Shown here: one piece after another, positions 24,562-37,325 of the stretch
How the letters are laid out: each line of letters begins with the position of its first letter
Numbering within the stretch: the stretch's first letter is position 1
DNA from: Pecten maximus
Taxonomy: Eukaryota
Assembly (NCBI RefSeq): GCF_902652985.1
Contig: NC_047015.1
Location: 54,870,001 to 54,934,000, forward strand
Length of the DNA stretch: 64,000 bases
Reading direction: 5' to 3'
Translations under genes and position numbers: made by a program
Notes under the pieces: model-generated
The model's input: only the letters and a program-made list of their open reading frames with translations
Databases searched by the model: none
What the model was told of the DNA's origin: nothing

Positions 24562-27500
24562 TGTATTTCTATCACACACACACTATACACCAATGGAAAA
24601 GCACATTGTTTATCGCTTTTCAAAGCAACTCTCACCTTCTAGTTGAGAAATAACATTGCTTCTGCCATACGACTTCTGAAGAATAATTCCAATATACAAA
24701 ACCGGCGAAAATAACAACTTCTGGAGATGTACGTTTTACATCTTCAATGGCAGGAAAATGATAATATCCACTGCATCCTGTCTGCGGAATCGGTCTTTGG
24801 AGTTGAAACTCATAATATCCTTCATCGGCCCCAAACTAATAAGGCATGTCTGGTGCTCGCTCTCTTAGTCTCGAAAGAGTCTGTGTGAATATCCAAACCT
24901 GTCAACACCCTGTTTGAGATATGTAGGTTTAAATTTATCAATAATAAAGTATCTTCAGGATCTTTTAAGGTCCTTTTTTCTCTTCAAACAACACCAGTTT
25001 ATCTATTCTCCGTGCATGACTGCCTTTTTATGGTATCTGTACTGGTTGTTTAATCCTCGTAGAACACAAACATTCAAATGACCGCGTCATAGTCCCGCAG
25101 AAATAGTGCATCATGCTGGTCCGACTTCTAGAGCTGAAGTATACAATACATAGAAGTCCATTGTGTTCTTTTTGTTCGTTCTGATAGCGATCGTTCTATT
25201 CAGCGGAACCGGCTTTTCAATCGACCCGGAACAGGCTTATGAATATTGATACCTAATTGAACGGTTATAGCCGAGTAACGGCTCTGCATGAAACTTGGGG
25301 GTTATCGTTATAATGCTCTGTAAAACAGACTTGTATATAGCAGGTCTGGAGTTTCTGACAGTCATGGACATTTTGGAGGCGACAATAGTTCTCAGGGTTT
25401 TTCACAGTTTACAAACTTACCTGTACACTTAATATATGTAATTTGAGTTTATAATACCTGGCCAAAAAGTCTATACCTGGGTTTGTATACACATCGTATT
25501 GCGGTATTCGGTAATGTAAATTCAAGGTTTAATAAGAGGATTACTGCTGTGATGTTTTAGGAGCACAAAATCCGATAGACTAAATATACAGATTTTTTTT
25601 CTTTATTTAATCTAGACTAAAGAATATCAAGTGGTATTAAAAATAGCCTTTCCTTACATAACCTGGAGTCAATGTTCAAAATTATGTTTTCCGTCGCTTC
25701 TATAATCCATGGAGTGTGTAAAGAGATTTTTTTTTTTTAGTTTTTTTTTTATTTCTTTGTTTTGTTTTTGTCGTTTTTTTTTTCAATTATAGAAATTATA
25801 AAGATGAATTTTTATCAACGTACTGAAGCCATTACTAAGTCACACAGCTATCTTATGCAGAACGACCGATCTCGTTTACTCGATATACAGATCTGCTTAA
25901 TACGAGATAAAGATAAATTGATTTCACAAAATCAAGTTTATTCGAGATAGGGTAATCGTTTTGCTGTTAACGGGTCGTTAAACATAATCAATCAATCAAT
26001 TAATCATTCGATCAATCAATCAATCAATCGTTCGTGAGATATCCGAATCTCATGTCGAACACAGGGACCTGAGAATATGTTACAGTCCAGATGTATTTGG
26101 ACCTATTCTAGTGTGTATATAGTATTAACAGTAAAAACGATACTCAGTACCTATTAGCATAGGTCCAAATAAACAGACACACAGATTCTCAAGTCCCTGT
26201 GCAGCAGATCACCCCTATATGTTACATTGTATGGTATGTGACGCTTTAAAAGATGCCTTTTAAAAAATATCAATATGGGTCACAATACGCAACAAACACT
26301 TTAGGGTAAATATCATATAATATAATGTCGTGCCCCTGTGATCGATCTCTGTAACGCTTGTCGGCATTTAAAATTTTAAAAAAGCAAGAAACAAAACACA
26401 AAGGAAATTCTTTTTCTACATTTGAAACAAAACTACGGGTTTGATTTTTTCTTCAAACTATTTAGCGTTTATATTAAAACAGACACATTTTTACGTCATA
26501 GGTCTACTTTGTAATGTACTTTAAATGTTTTTAAACACAAGACGTCAATACTCTTTTGTAATATTATGTAAATGTCCATCGTATGATTTCAGAATTAAAA
26601 CGAGCGTGCCGAGACATCGTTTAAATAGACCTCCTTAAAGATTTAAATAACCTTAACAGTTCACTTAATTGATTATTAAACAAGCGAAGCCGTCAATCAA
26701 GGCTGAATTAAAATATATACACCCAAAACGTCAGATATAGGCGACATTGTCCTGTGCTCTAAGGGAGATAATTCTTAAATGTGTCGGGATAAAAAGAGTA
26801 ATTCCTCCATGTTTGAAGATGTAAATATGAATGACCGAATTCACTGGCACGGCCGATGAAATACCAACTAGAGGAACATATATTAACATTTATATAATGC
26901 AAGTTACTCTATTTTCGTGAGTAGATATCTTCTTGAATGAATGTTTTCGAGGAGACCGAGGCGGTCCAACGTTCCCCGATTCTTAGTGTGGGTGGTCAAG
27001 TTGACTCGGAATGAGCAATTTTGGAAAGGTCATAAAAAGGTCATAAACAATTTCAAATTTCAACTTTCAAAGCAGCCATGATTATACCCAACATATCACA
27101 TATTCCACCATTTTGACCCTCTCTTATTCTCCCGGTTTGATATGTCTTCCCTTTATAATTGGAAGGAACAAAAACTTTCCTTGTAACCTGCTGATGCTAC
27201 AGAAACTCCCACGTGGACAGTCCAAAGGTATATAATGAGTTGTGTTGGTTTTGGTTTAATTTTCTATCAACCCCTATGGCCATTTAAGGACGGCCTCACC
27301 CGTGTGCAATCTGTATGTGTGTGATGATTAGAGTGCATATGTGTTAAGGAGGTTACGTTATTTTCAAGTTGTCTTCTTCCACACCTTGGGCCACTTCCAA
27401 AAAAAGCAGGAGTAGCAATTACTATTTGTATAGACCCTGGTATATCTCACCTAAGGAACACATCCCAAAGCCTTCCTCACCGGAAAGAACGCTAAGGGAG

Positions 27501-27974
27501 TTATTAGGAAGACAGAAAATTAATTAAAAAGAATATTTGAAAATTTAGTCGCCTCTTTCGATCATGCAATGGGAACAGCAGGTACAATACTAGCACCCTA
27601 CCTGCAGACCAACTAAAGGTGTTATACGCGCCTGTCAATGTGTAGCGTTATCTTCTTACTTTTCTCCGCCCCGAGCCATAGACGGCACCAGAAAGGGTCT
27701 GGGGCTGTGTCATACTGAGGGAAGGGAGACCAGAGACCCTGATTGTTTCCTGATTGACACAAGCACGCGCGATATTGAGGGCGTGTTTCTCTTCTATCGT
27801 AGCTGATTTGGACAGTATAATGCCGAGGTAGAAACACGTTGTATCAGCGATAAGTTTTCAAACTTGTTCTCTGATGGTGGGCTCAGTGCAGAGTGCGATC
27901 TCACGATGAAGGGTGATGAAAGGTAAGTCCAAATGTTCACGATTGCTTGAGGCATTAAGCGAAACGGTCACAAC

Positions 27975-28131
27975 CACAGGCGCTTGCATAGAATATGTGA
28001 TTTTCATTTTTTTTTTATTTGACAGTGGTATGTGTAATCTGTTAAGCTCAAGCTTCTGTATTACACAGTATACATACCACTGGTATCATTTTTTTTTTTT
28101 TTTTTTCTAATTTTCTATGCAAGCGCCTGTG
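27975..28131. mobile_element. 157-bp MITE with 19-bp TIRs and an 8-bp TSD (hAT/P-like)
   Basis: TIRs CACAGGCGCTTGCATAGAA / TTCTATGCAAGCGCCTGTG. Perfect TSD GTCACAAC at 27967-27974 and 28132-28139. Confidence 0.85.
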
Positions 28132-28969
28132 GTCACAACTGGTTTCCTCTGCGGCCCTCATCTTAGTCTGATAACCGAAGAGGAGAGATCAACGCCTACA
28201 CTAGTATCATCATTAGACTGGCCACCAGCCCCTAAGTTTTTTGTTAGAACTGCTCCACTAAATTTTAATACTAGATTATCTCCCCCTAGTTTGAAACTTA
28301 GGTTCTAGAATCAGACATATCCTAGTGACCAAAATCATTAAGGTCAATTTTATTTATAATTTTAATATTCTAGAGACAGGGAGCCAGTCTATAGCATCGT
28401 GGACAGCGTCGCCAAGCAAAGGTAAGAAATATTATACTGAAGAGAGACGGTGCCAGAACGCATCCTTGCTTGATTCCATTAACTACTGTGAAAGTGTTTA
28501 AATTTTATCCGTTGTCCATTACGCTGGCTTTCGTGAAAAAGATATATTGCAGGATTATCGTTAGGGATTTGTGAACTGAATTCAAACTACAAATGTTATT
28601 ATAGTAATGCATTTCCTTTCATTTTGACTAGAAAACTTTACCGATTGTTGATCATTCAACCTATGAATGTTTTAAATTTAAATGTTGAGCTCAGTTTGAA
28701 AGAACTGATTAGATTTAGAATAGCATAGCTGCTGTCATAACATTTAAGTCTTTTATGCTTTCAGATATATGGACTTTTTAATTCCTTAAGGAATATTGAT
28801 GAATGCGGGGCGAGGCTTCTAACGCGAAATTCTACGTTTCAGTCAACAGAATCCCTCAACCTGCTTCTGTGGATCACAAACCTGACAAGTTACAGATTGA
28901 AAATTGGATTCACACCAAAAGTAAGTATTTATTAATAGGACAAAACATTGTTTATAACGTACTTTTTGT

Positions 28970-29550
28970 TACTTAGTATTAGAGCTCTGGGGCTTGGCCA
29001 ATCTGACAACCTCGGGCCTTATTGAAAAGAATACCCGAGGAGTTCCGATTGGGGGCTTGGCACGTCCATATATACTAAGCATTAGACCGCAGGGTTCAAT
29101 TCCATATACAGGTTTACTTAGTATTAGACCACAGGGGCTTGGCAATTGTATATACAGGTATACTTAGTATTAGACCACAGGGGCTTGACACATCCATATA
29201 AAGATATACCTAACATTATCTCACAGGGGCTTGAAAATTCCATATTTACAGGTTTACTTAGTATTAGACCACAGGGGCTTGGCAATTCCATATACAGGTA
29301 TACTAAGCATTAGACCACAGGATCTTGACAATTGTATATACAGGTATACTTAGTATTAGACCACAGGGGCTTGACACATCCATATACAGATATACCTAGC
29401 ATTAGCTCACAGGAGCTTGACAATTCCATATATACAGGTTTACTTAGTATTAGACCACAGGGGCTTGGCAATTCCATATACAGATATACCTAGCATTAGC
29501 TCACAGGAGCTTGACACATCCATACAATGTATACTTAGTATAAGATCACC
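28970..29550. repeat. Minisatellite, unit of about 46 bp (TACTTAGTATTAGACCACAGGGGCTTGGCAATTCCATATACAGGTA), about 12 copies
   Basis: Directly visible tandem array. Confidence 0.9.
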
Positions 29551-29899
29551 GGGACATACTTACAGGGCAAATTCTTTTGCTATGCTTTAAAAAATCTATT
29601 TTGATCGTCAGGACGTGTATAATTCTCCCTAGCTCTTGTGGTATAGATGGTACCAGTTTATAACAGATAAACAGATATACTTTACATTCTTACCAACAGA
29701 TCTCGTTAACATCAGATATATACCTTAATTATCCAATTATCTAACCCTAAAGATTAATTACGACCATTAAACGATATGTGATATTTGGTGAAGTCTGTGA
29801 TCAATTAGCTCGTAAATTTTACAACAGTGTGTACTGAAAACTATACACTTAAATACAACCCTGATCTCTATCGCCGAGTGTGGAAACACGGAGTCGCAG

Positions 29900-30380
29900 A
29901 TATATCGACAATGATAAATGATTTTTTTTGTACATATATAGGTATCACTACGCCGGTGTCGATGTCGGTGTCGGTGTCGGTGTGGTGTCGGTGTCGGTGT
30001 CGTTGTCGGTATCGGTGTCGGTGTCGGTGTCGTGTCGACGTCGGCGTCGGCTGCGTCCCCACAAGAGGTTTCCGTCTTTTCTATTGGGCCAATCAAACTC
30101 AAACTTCACACAGATCTTCCTTACCAAAAGTGATTGCTTGAGGTGGCTTTTCAGGTCCGAAGGCTAAATGTCAAGGTCACTGTTACTAAAAATAGAAATT
30201 TTGTTTCCGTGCGATAACTCAAGTTCACTTATACCGATTAAACTCAAACTTCATGCAGATCTTCCTTACCAAAAATGCTTGCTCTGGACTGCTTTCCAGG
30301 TCCGAGGGTCAAAGGTCAAGGTCACTGTAACTAATCATATAAAATTCGTTTCCATGTGATAACGCTTGTAATCACACATC
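29900..30380 (+). mobile_element. HINE-like fragment with a (GTCGGT)n microsatellite and two internal repeats
   Basis: (GTCGGT)n at 29955-30050, followed by two units of about 145 bp containing AAACTCAAACTTCA..CAGATCTTCCTTACCAAAA and GGTCAAAGGTCAAGGTCAC-like motifs. Confidence 0.55.
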
Positions 30381-30754
30381 TACTTCCGTTGAATTCTTGT
30401 AATATATGAGAGTCATGTTTCAGGTAGAGCTCCTGGTCTACCAATCGGGTATTTCCGTTATCCTGCCGATATACGACGGAAAAGTCCGAGTCTGATAGTA
30501 TAACCGTTTACAAACTTTATATTGTTGGTATTGTTGAGAATTCTTGAAATCAATAACTCATTATGTGCTCGAAGGCACGTTCATTGGAATTTCTCAATAT
30601 TTCGTCAATATTTGTGTAAAGAATTTTTTTTTATTATGGTGGTCAAAAAGCAACGATAAAAGGTATCCAAGATGGAATTATGAACATTTTTGAACAGGGA
30701 AAGAGGAGCTCACTACCTTTAGTCAACCCTTTTCACCAGGAGAGTGACATATTT

Positions 30755-31010
30755 GCTTGTTTGTTGAATTTTTTGCTGGGTTTATCATCCCCAGAACAGC
30801 CAGGGTCATTTTGAAGTGGGGTCTCCGTACTTTTAGTAATAGTTGGTGACAATCTCACTGAACAACATATGGGAGACCCGTCGCATGCCAACCAGAGCAA
30901 TTAGAGTAAAGAGTCTTGCTCAAGGCCATAACTACGACAACACAGACCAGCCCGTTTCTCAGCTTCCTGATAAACACAAACCGATGTGGGTAGGGAGTGT
31001 CGAATCAGAT
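30755..31010 (-). mobile_element. CORE-like SINE (same family as 47040-47355; partial copy at about 9176-9260)
   Basis: The reverse complement aligns with the 47040 element: TCGGTTTGTGTTT...AAGCTGAG...GCTGGTCTGT...GTTGTGGCCTTGAGCAAGACTCTT, with a CAAAC tail. Confidence 0.7.
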
Positions 31011-33309
31011 GGAGAAGACAGACAGAATGAATGACAAGGAAGGAGGAAAAGCAGTACTGGGAGGGTGATTTGGTACTCAAACCCTGCGGAAGCGACGAGC
31101 GGCTGTCGAGCGGAGGGGATTAAAATTACCCCTCGATGTCGCCCGAGCGATCTCGCGGCGACATCGCTCTCGCAGCGACATCGCGACGAGATCTCTCCCA
31201 CAGCAATGATCGACGTGAGCGATGGGTATAAACGATACGTGAACCATTTTTTTTACCGCTAGCAGTCGAGACGATTGGTAGATTTTGTGAATTAAATGCA
31301 AGTGTTCACTAATCCAAGCGAAAGACTCAAATTCGAAGTGATACGGTTCTCCGTGACGACCATGCGTATAGCTAAATGAAAAGCATCTGGATACCGTATA
31401 GTGAGTCTACGAAGCTCGCTTAACGTCTCAATTGCTGCTGTTGATAAATTATGTGGTTTAAATTATCTGCAATTCAATATTACGAAGCGAGGAGAGGAAT
31501 CCTCTTTAGTTCGAGGTCGACGGACAGGAGGAATTTGGAACAATGGCAAAAACCCTTGCCTAACTATGTCTTAACATACAAAGACGACGTCACGAGAACA
31601 AATCTCCTGGTCATCAAGAAAGAACAATACATTCGTCTTTATATTGTAGACTTTTTTATGTTAAGGCGGTAAGCTATCGCTTAGCAAATCACCACAGAAT
31701 AGTATCGCCTGTTATAAACAATTATGCAAAATTGCCGTTTTGACTAAGACGGCATTTACATGTATTATTGAATCACTATTCAAAAGTTCTATTACCTGAC
31801 GAGTTTTTCATAAAGAAGTTTCAAATTTGCATACGATAAGACTAAGGAATTTTTTTTTCAAAGTATATATATACACTAAAAGCAAAAATAAAAAAAAATA
31901 AATAAATAAAAAAAAAAAATAGAAAAAAAAATACATTGAAAATGAATAAAAAAAAAACTAAAATTAAACAAAACAAAAACAAACAAAAAAACAAAAAAAC
32001 AACAATTGTTTGATGTTATTCTTTAAATTATTTAGAAGCATGACTATATATCTATCTACTGTCTAATCAATAAGAAATTCATGGTTCTGGCCGAAATACA
32101 GCGCAGACTTATCTTGAAACGGCTGTAGTAAACTACGTCACTAAAGCGGAAATACATTCAACTTGACGGATAGACGTCTTCAGACCGAAATGTTATCGTC
32201 TCAACAAGCAGTATATAGATACGTCTCTAGAACCTTGGTCTGTTAGTAATATATTATAAATGACATTTCTTGTCATAGATATTACCAATATGGTTATTTG
32301 GCCTTTATAATGATATCTATTGGCCCGACCGAAACCAGCTAGTGGGCAAATTTCCAAAACAATAGGGCTACGCTTAAAACGGTTAATAAGGAGTAATTTG
32401 GATCGGTGAAAAAAATATAGATATGACATATCAATGGACTCATTCGAGTGTGACCTATTAGGCTATTACTGTGACACGGTCATTTCACGTGCTTCCGTGA
32501 TGGTGCATAATTTTCGGGTATTTCCGTAAAAGTTAAAGGTCAGTCGGGCAGTACTCGGGTATTTCCGTATACCGTAATATGAAAGCTACGATTGATGAAA
32601 GCCAGTCTGGAAAGTGCTTTGGTATTCCCGTATACATGCTGGAAGATAGTCGGGTATTTCCGTATTATTTAAAACGTCAGACAGGAACGGACCTCTGTTG
32701 GGAGTTTTTTTTTTTTTTTTTGTGTGTGTTTTTTTGGGGGGGGGGGGGGGGGGGTTATTTTAAAGAAACTCCTCAACTCATAAAACTCACAATCGTTGCG
32801 TCATCACATAATTATGATAATCTATTAATAAAATTGAGGAAATTGGTCGTTGATAAGTTTCATTCATATCAATATATCCGCAGCATCTTTAAACATCGAC
32901 CCCTTTTGATACACCTCCAAAAAGTCTGTTAGTGACAAAGCTATGGCGTCCAATATCCTCTTTATCAGAAAGAATGTACTAACGTGAAATCTCTATACAA
33001 GTATATCGGTACTAACAGGAGCCGTCGCTACAGATCTGTTACATATGATATCGGGCGGGCCTTACACATCTCGGTATCTCTGAGAACAATGGATTTGTCG
33101 GATTGTTCACCTAAACAATATACACATGATAGTAGATCTTTAAATATCACGCGCCACGTTCAACACATAAGCGTGCCGTTGGACTGTACCGCCATGACCT
33201 GGAAACAAATCAATCGGAACGTCTCGGATGTGTTTCATGATAAGGCGCTAGTCACATTCTCTGGGTTGCGATTCGAACACGAATCCTGTTAACAATGACT
33301 ACCTATCAA

Positions 33310-33730
33310 CTGTAAATGGACTTATGTTGGCGTACTCAAATTTTCGCGTATCCTCGGAGTTTAGCGCATTCCAAGATTTTAGCGCATCCTCAGAGTTTAG
33401 CGCATCCCAAGAGTTTAGCGCACCCCCAGATTTTAGCGCACCCCCAGAGTTTAGCGTATCCCAAGATTTTAGCGCAACCTCAGAATTTAGCGCATCCCAA
33501 GATTTTAGCGTATCCTTGGAGTTTAGCGCATCCCCAGAGTTTAGCGCATCCCAAGATTTTAGCGTATCCTTGGAGTTTAGCGCATCCCAAGATTTTAGCG
33601 TATCCCCAGATTTTAGCGCATCCTCAGATTTTAATGCATTAACACAGATTAGCGTTATGATGAATTTGTACAGCCACACTTCTTACTATAGAAATAGTAC
33701 ATAGAAGCTGTAGTTCGCGTAATCATATTT
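33310..33730 (+). repeat. MITE-derived 18-bp minisatellite (GA(G/T)TTTAGCGCATCCCAA), about 17 copies
   Basis: Tandem array at 33341-33640, embedded in sequence homologous to the intact MITE at 35410-35616. Confidence 0.88.
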
Positions 33731-35409
33731 TTTACACAGTTCTGCCTCCGCGAAGACCACGACAATACAATTACAATGTACCACTTAAACAGGTACATGT
33801 CTCGTATAACAAGAGCCACATAAGAACTGCAGGCTAGGTTTAAATGGTTTAAATGGTAGATTAATAAAAACCCTCTACTGATGGTATATCACTTGTAATG
33901 ATGAATATCAGCTGTAAATTCCTGACGATATGTTTTACCCATTGTCGGGCTCTATCTAATGGGTATCCGTAACGACTGATTTAGAGTTTGATTTGATCAT
34001 TAAAATGTATAGTATGTAAATAAAACGGTATCAGATTAACTCCGAGCTTTTTTTCGTCCGTAGTTCTCACGCTTACAGGGTTACGTAGTCCACATGCTTT
34101 AAGTGTTTACGGTTCCTAACACAGTGTTTATAAAATATGTATATTATATACAATGCCATATTATAGATTAAATAGAATAACTAATACATAATTTCATATT
34201 CATCTCGTCTTGGGAACTTCCTGTTTCAGTCTTCTCTAAAGCTTGAAAACGGCAACACGATAATAAAGTATTTCACAACTGCGGACACTACAGTTCTGTT
34301 TTTCACTTGCAATGGCGAGCTCGCCATGAAATATCGTATCACAAACTCCTATACCGGTGCAGATTTGCGTAAATGATTGGTCTGTCATCAACTGTATCAT
34401 CACGTGCCACTAAGCCCGCACTCTCCGTGTCTTATGCTATATGGACAATGGAGAAACTAAACCTGGTCTTTCTCTCTTCCCTCCTGTTTACTCTGTTTTG
34501 TTGTTGTTTGTTTTGTTTTGTTTTCGTTTACGTATTGTCAGTACAGCAAACACCGAGCTTAATTTTCTTAATTGCACTTTTACCAGTGTCGAATTAATAG
34601 AATCTTTCACCCCGGAATGCGGTTGGGACAGAGGAATCTCGACCCGAGAGGTTTCTTAAGATGACAAACTTTTTTTTGAACTAATATTGACGTTACATCA
34701 ATGCAATACAATATTGATGTGACGAGAGAAAAGATTACCAGCAGGTTAAGGGGAAAAAATCACTCCCTTATGGGTGAAACAGGGGGGTCTCAACCCTCGG
34801 GGTAAGATTTTCAAGTTCACAAACTCTCGGCAGGCCTCGTTTTGGTCAAATTAAGATTCTACACTCGGAATAAGATCCCTCTGTCTCATCCATACTATTC
34901 TAAAGCTGACAAACTCTCGGCAAGTCCCGTGTTTGTCAAATTAAGATTCTACACCTCTTGTTGAGATCCCTCTGTCTCAGTATTACGTAACTCGCCAACA
35001 AATCTGAATACCATAAAATTTAAACATATAAAAAATATTCGTTCGACCACACGTTGATAGAATGTAAATGAGACACCCTGTTTATACACACGATCAGTAT
35101 AGGCGATAGTGCGGAGAATTTTATATACTACATAATCCTTTATGTCAACATTTACATGAATAATTAGATATCGTTGAAATGCAAATTATTCTTTTGTCAA
35201 AGAAAATGCACATTTCTTTATATGTTTATGTACTCGTCATTTAACAAGAACGAATAACAAAATATTTGTTTATTATAATGTACATACATTATACTTTAGA
35301 ACGTAAGTATGACAACTCGTTCGTTTTAACACTTTACGTTATATAAGTCTTCAGAGCGATGTAAATGATCAAACGTGAATCTTTCTGATTGTTTCAACTC
35401 AATAATGTA

Positions 35410-35616
35410 CTGTAAACGTACTTATTTTAGCGCAATCAAATTTTAGCGCATTTGCAGATTTCAGCCAGTTAGCGCAATGATGAATTAGCGCATCCACAGA
35501 ACTTTCTATAGAAATGGAACGTACAAAAAGTAATTAGCGCAATCATAATTTAGCGCAAGGCTTCCAGCGCGAAAAGCGCTAAAATAAAATTACCGCTAAA
35601 ATATGTACGTTTACAG
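35410..35616. mobile_element. Tc1/mariner-like MITE (TA TSD)
   Basis: TA|CTGTAAACGTACTTATTTTAGCG ... CGCTAAAATATGTACGTTTACAG|TA, with internal dispersed TTAGCGCA motifs. Confidence 0.85.
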
Positions 35617-36407
35617 TAACCTTTTTTGAGCACCAATGGCGCGTTGAGTTACAAAAAGTTCTAGATTATTTTAGGAATATTTAAAAACATTTCTCGTTCA
35701 GGCATTGTTTTTTGGGCCTGGTTAAGAAAACTCCCTGGAATTATACTACATGTATCAAACTCCGCTTAAATACCTACACATAATCATTGGTAATCATTAA
35801 AAAGCTACCATACATATCCACTAGACAGTTTAAGCGTTTCCGTCTCTTCAATGTCAGTCTTAACCTTGAAGAAATTGTTCAAACTGCATTTCAACGAACA
35901 GAATCCACTGTTTATGTAACTCGCCCAAATAAATTTGACGCTTACCAATAAACTGTTCTTTTTTCGTAATAGAATCATGTCTCAACCGCCAGTAACACTT
36001 TCTCGTGCTATTAGAAATCCATAGCGGATATAGAATTATGTTTTCAATCTCACCACAAAGATCTTTGTCCTGGCGAGTAAATTGCAGCCATTCCTTTGTG
36101 ATACAGTCTCTTGTCTGAACTTTCACAAAGGCGCTTCTTTGCACCGAATATTTCGCTTCAATGGATGAACCAGTAGGTTGGAAGCCCTTGTGAATGATAT
36201 CTTCACTATCATGCTTCAGCAAAAGAGTTTGATACTATGAGTAGCTGCTGGAATCCCATCATCGATCTGAGCCAAATATGGCAGTGATGGGCGAGACATT
36301 AGAATCCCTTTATAAATATAGATTAATTAACCGTTTGCCGTTTGAGAGTGAATTGACATGATTCCTTCAGGATACAGTATCTTGTCTGGAATTTCACAGC
36401 GGATTGT

Positions 36408-37325
36408 CTAAGCTAAAGACTTTGCCCTAGCGAAAGCGTTGTTGGAAGTTATTTGTGGATAAAGTATCCTTTCTCCAGTAATGTCTTTGATGCTCGGTGT
36501 TTTCCGGCCGAGAAGGAATTCCGTAGATTGTCGCCAGATATTGTGAGGTTTCGAGGAAGGTCTCGTAGGCATTCTACTCTGACCGGGGGCAGAAGTCGAA
36601 CCCCATGAGGCCGTTTCTGGAAACCACATGGTCCTCTCCTTGAGGTAGCCTTCCATTGTATAAGTTTTGGCTCGCTCAAGAGTAGGAAGTCTTGGGGTAG
36701 TAATGTTTGCACAACTCACCGTTCTGAAAGAGAGCTCTCTTCTTGGGCGACGGGGTGAGTTCGGTGTAGATAGAGGCACAATTGTTTGGAAGGAAGTATT
36801 TTCCTGTTCGGAGTCCGTGTTAGCTGATGAAATTCCGGGTGTCTTAGGCGGAGGTTCCAGGCTAGCTTGAGTCTGTGCGGATTTTATTTTCTTTTGAGTC
36901 GTTACATACGCGCTCAAACGTTCGTTGAAGCGCTGCTTCGCTCTGCGTTCAGCTTCTTCCTTGTTGGAAGCATCTAGAGCCAACCTAACAACATTGATAT
37001 TCATACAATCGTCCTCTTTTTCTTCTTCCGAAGGCTCGGGGCTACCCCTGCCGGAAGGAGTATATTGTGCGGCCCTACCATGGCCGTGCCGTTTTTGCTC
37101 CCCCTTGACGTAGCGGTGGTAGAATGCTTTCTTTCCAAGGAACAGGTGGCGATCTTTAATGACGTCATCACTAAATTTGTAAATATTGCTCATGGAGAAG
37201 ACTGGAGACGGGGGTGGCACGTGCCTGTTTATGATCCCCGTATCCTCCTCACGAGGGAGGTACACATTAATGTAGCTCTGTCCGAACCTTGGGGAATACT
37301 CTCCCTTTTCCAAATCCTCATTCAT
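36408..37325 (-). CDS. Uncharacterised single-exon protein, 305 aa (S/T/P/R-rich, short predicted coiled coil)
   Basis: A 918-bp ORF with elevated GC. The acceptor TTTCTAATCATACAG lies 5 nt upstream of the ATG, implying a 5' UTR intron. No recognisable domain. Confidence 0.75.
   Translation of the reverse strand: MNEDLEKGEYSPRFGQSYINVYLPREEDTGIINRHVPPPSPVFSMSNIYKFSDDVIKDRHLFLGKKAFYHRYVKGEQKRHGHGRAAQYTPSGRGSPEPSEEEKEDDCMNINVVRLALDASNKEEAERRAKQRFNERLSAYVTTQKKIKSAQTQASLEPPPKTPGISSANTDSEQENTSFQTIVPLSTPNSPRRPRRELSFRTVSCANITTPRLPTLERAKTYTMEGYLKERTMWFPETASWGSTSAPGQSRMPTRPSSKPHNIWRQSTEFLLGRKTPSIKDITGERILYPQITSNNAFARAKSLA

Larger units (their letters stand above)
27803..30503 (+). other. Candidate multi-exon transcript (small-protein gene or lncRNA)
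   Basis: GC-richer islands bounded by strong splice signals: 27803-27922 (TCGTAG| ... AAG|GTAAGT), 28374-28421 (CTAG| ... AAG|GTAAGA), 28765-28920 (TTTCAG| ... AAA|GTAAGT) and 30424 onward (TTTCAG|). A spliced 65-aa ORF runs 28803-30503. Confidence 0.45.

Noticed and set aside
29767-30167. Overlapping ORFs with TP/RH/CR/SV dipeptide runs
   Set aside because: Translations of a (GTCGGT)n microsatellite in a TE fragment.
35860-36222. 120-aa minus-strand ORF
   Set aside because: Non-ATG start, no recognisable motif, and it sits directly downstream of the 305-aa gene, so it is probably 3' UTR.
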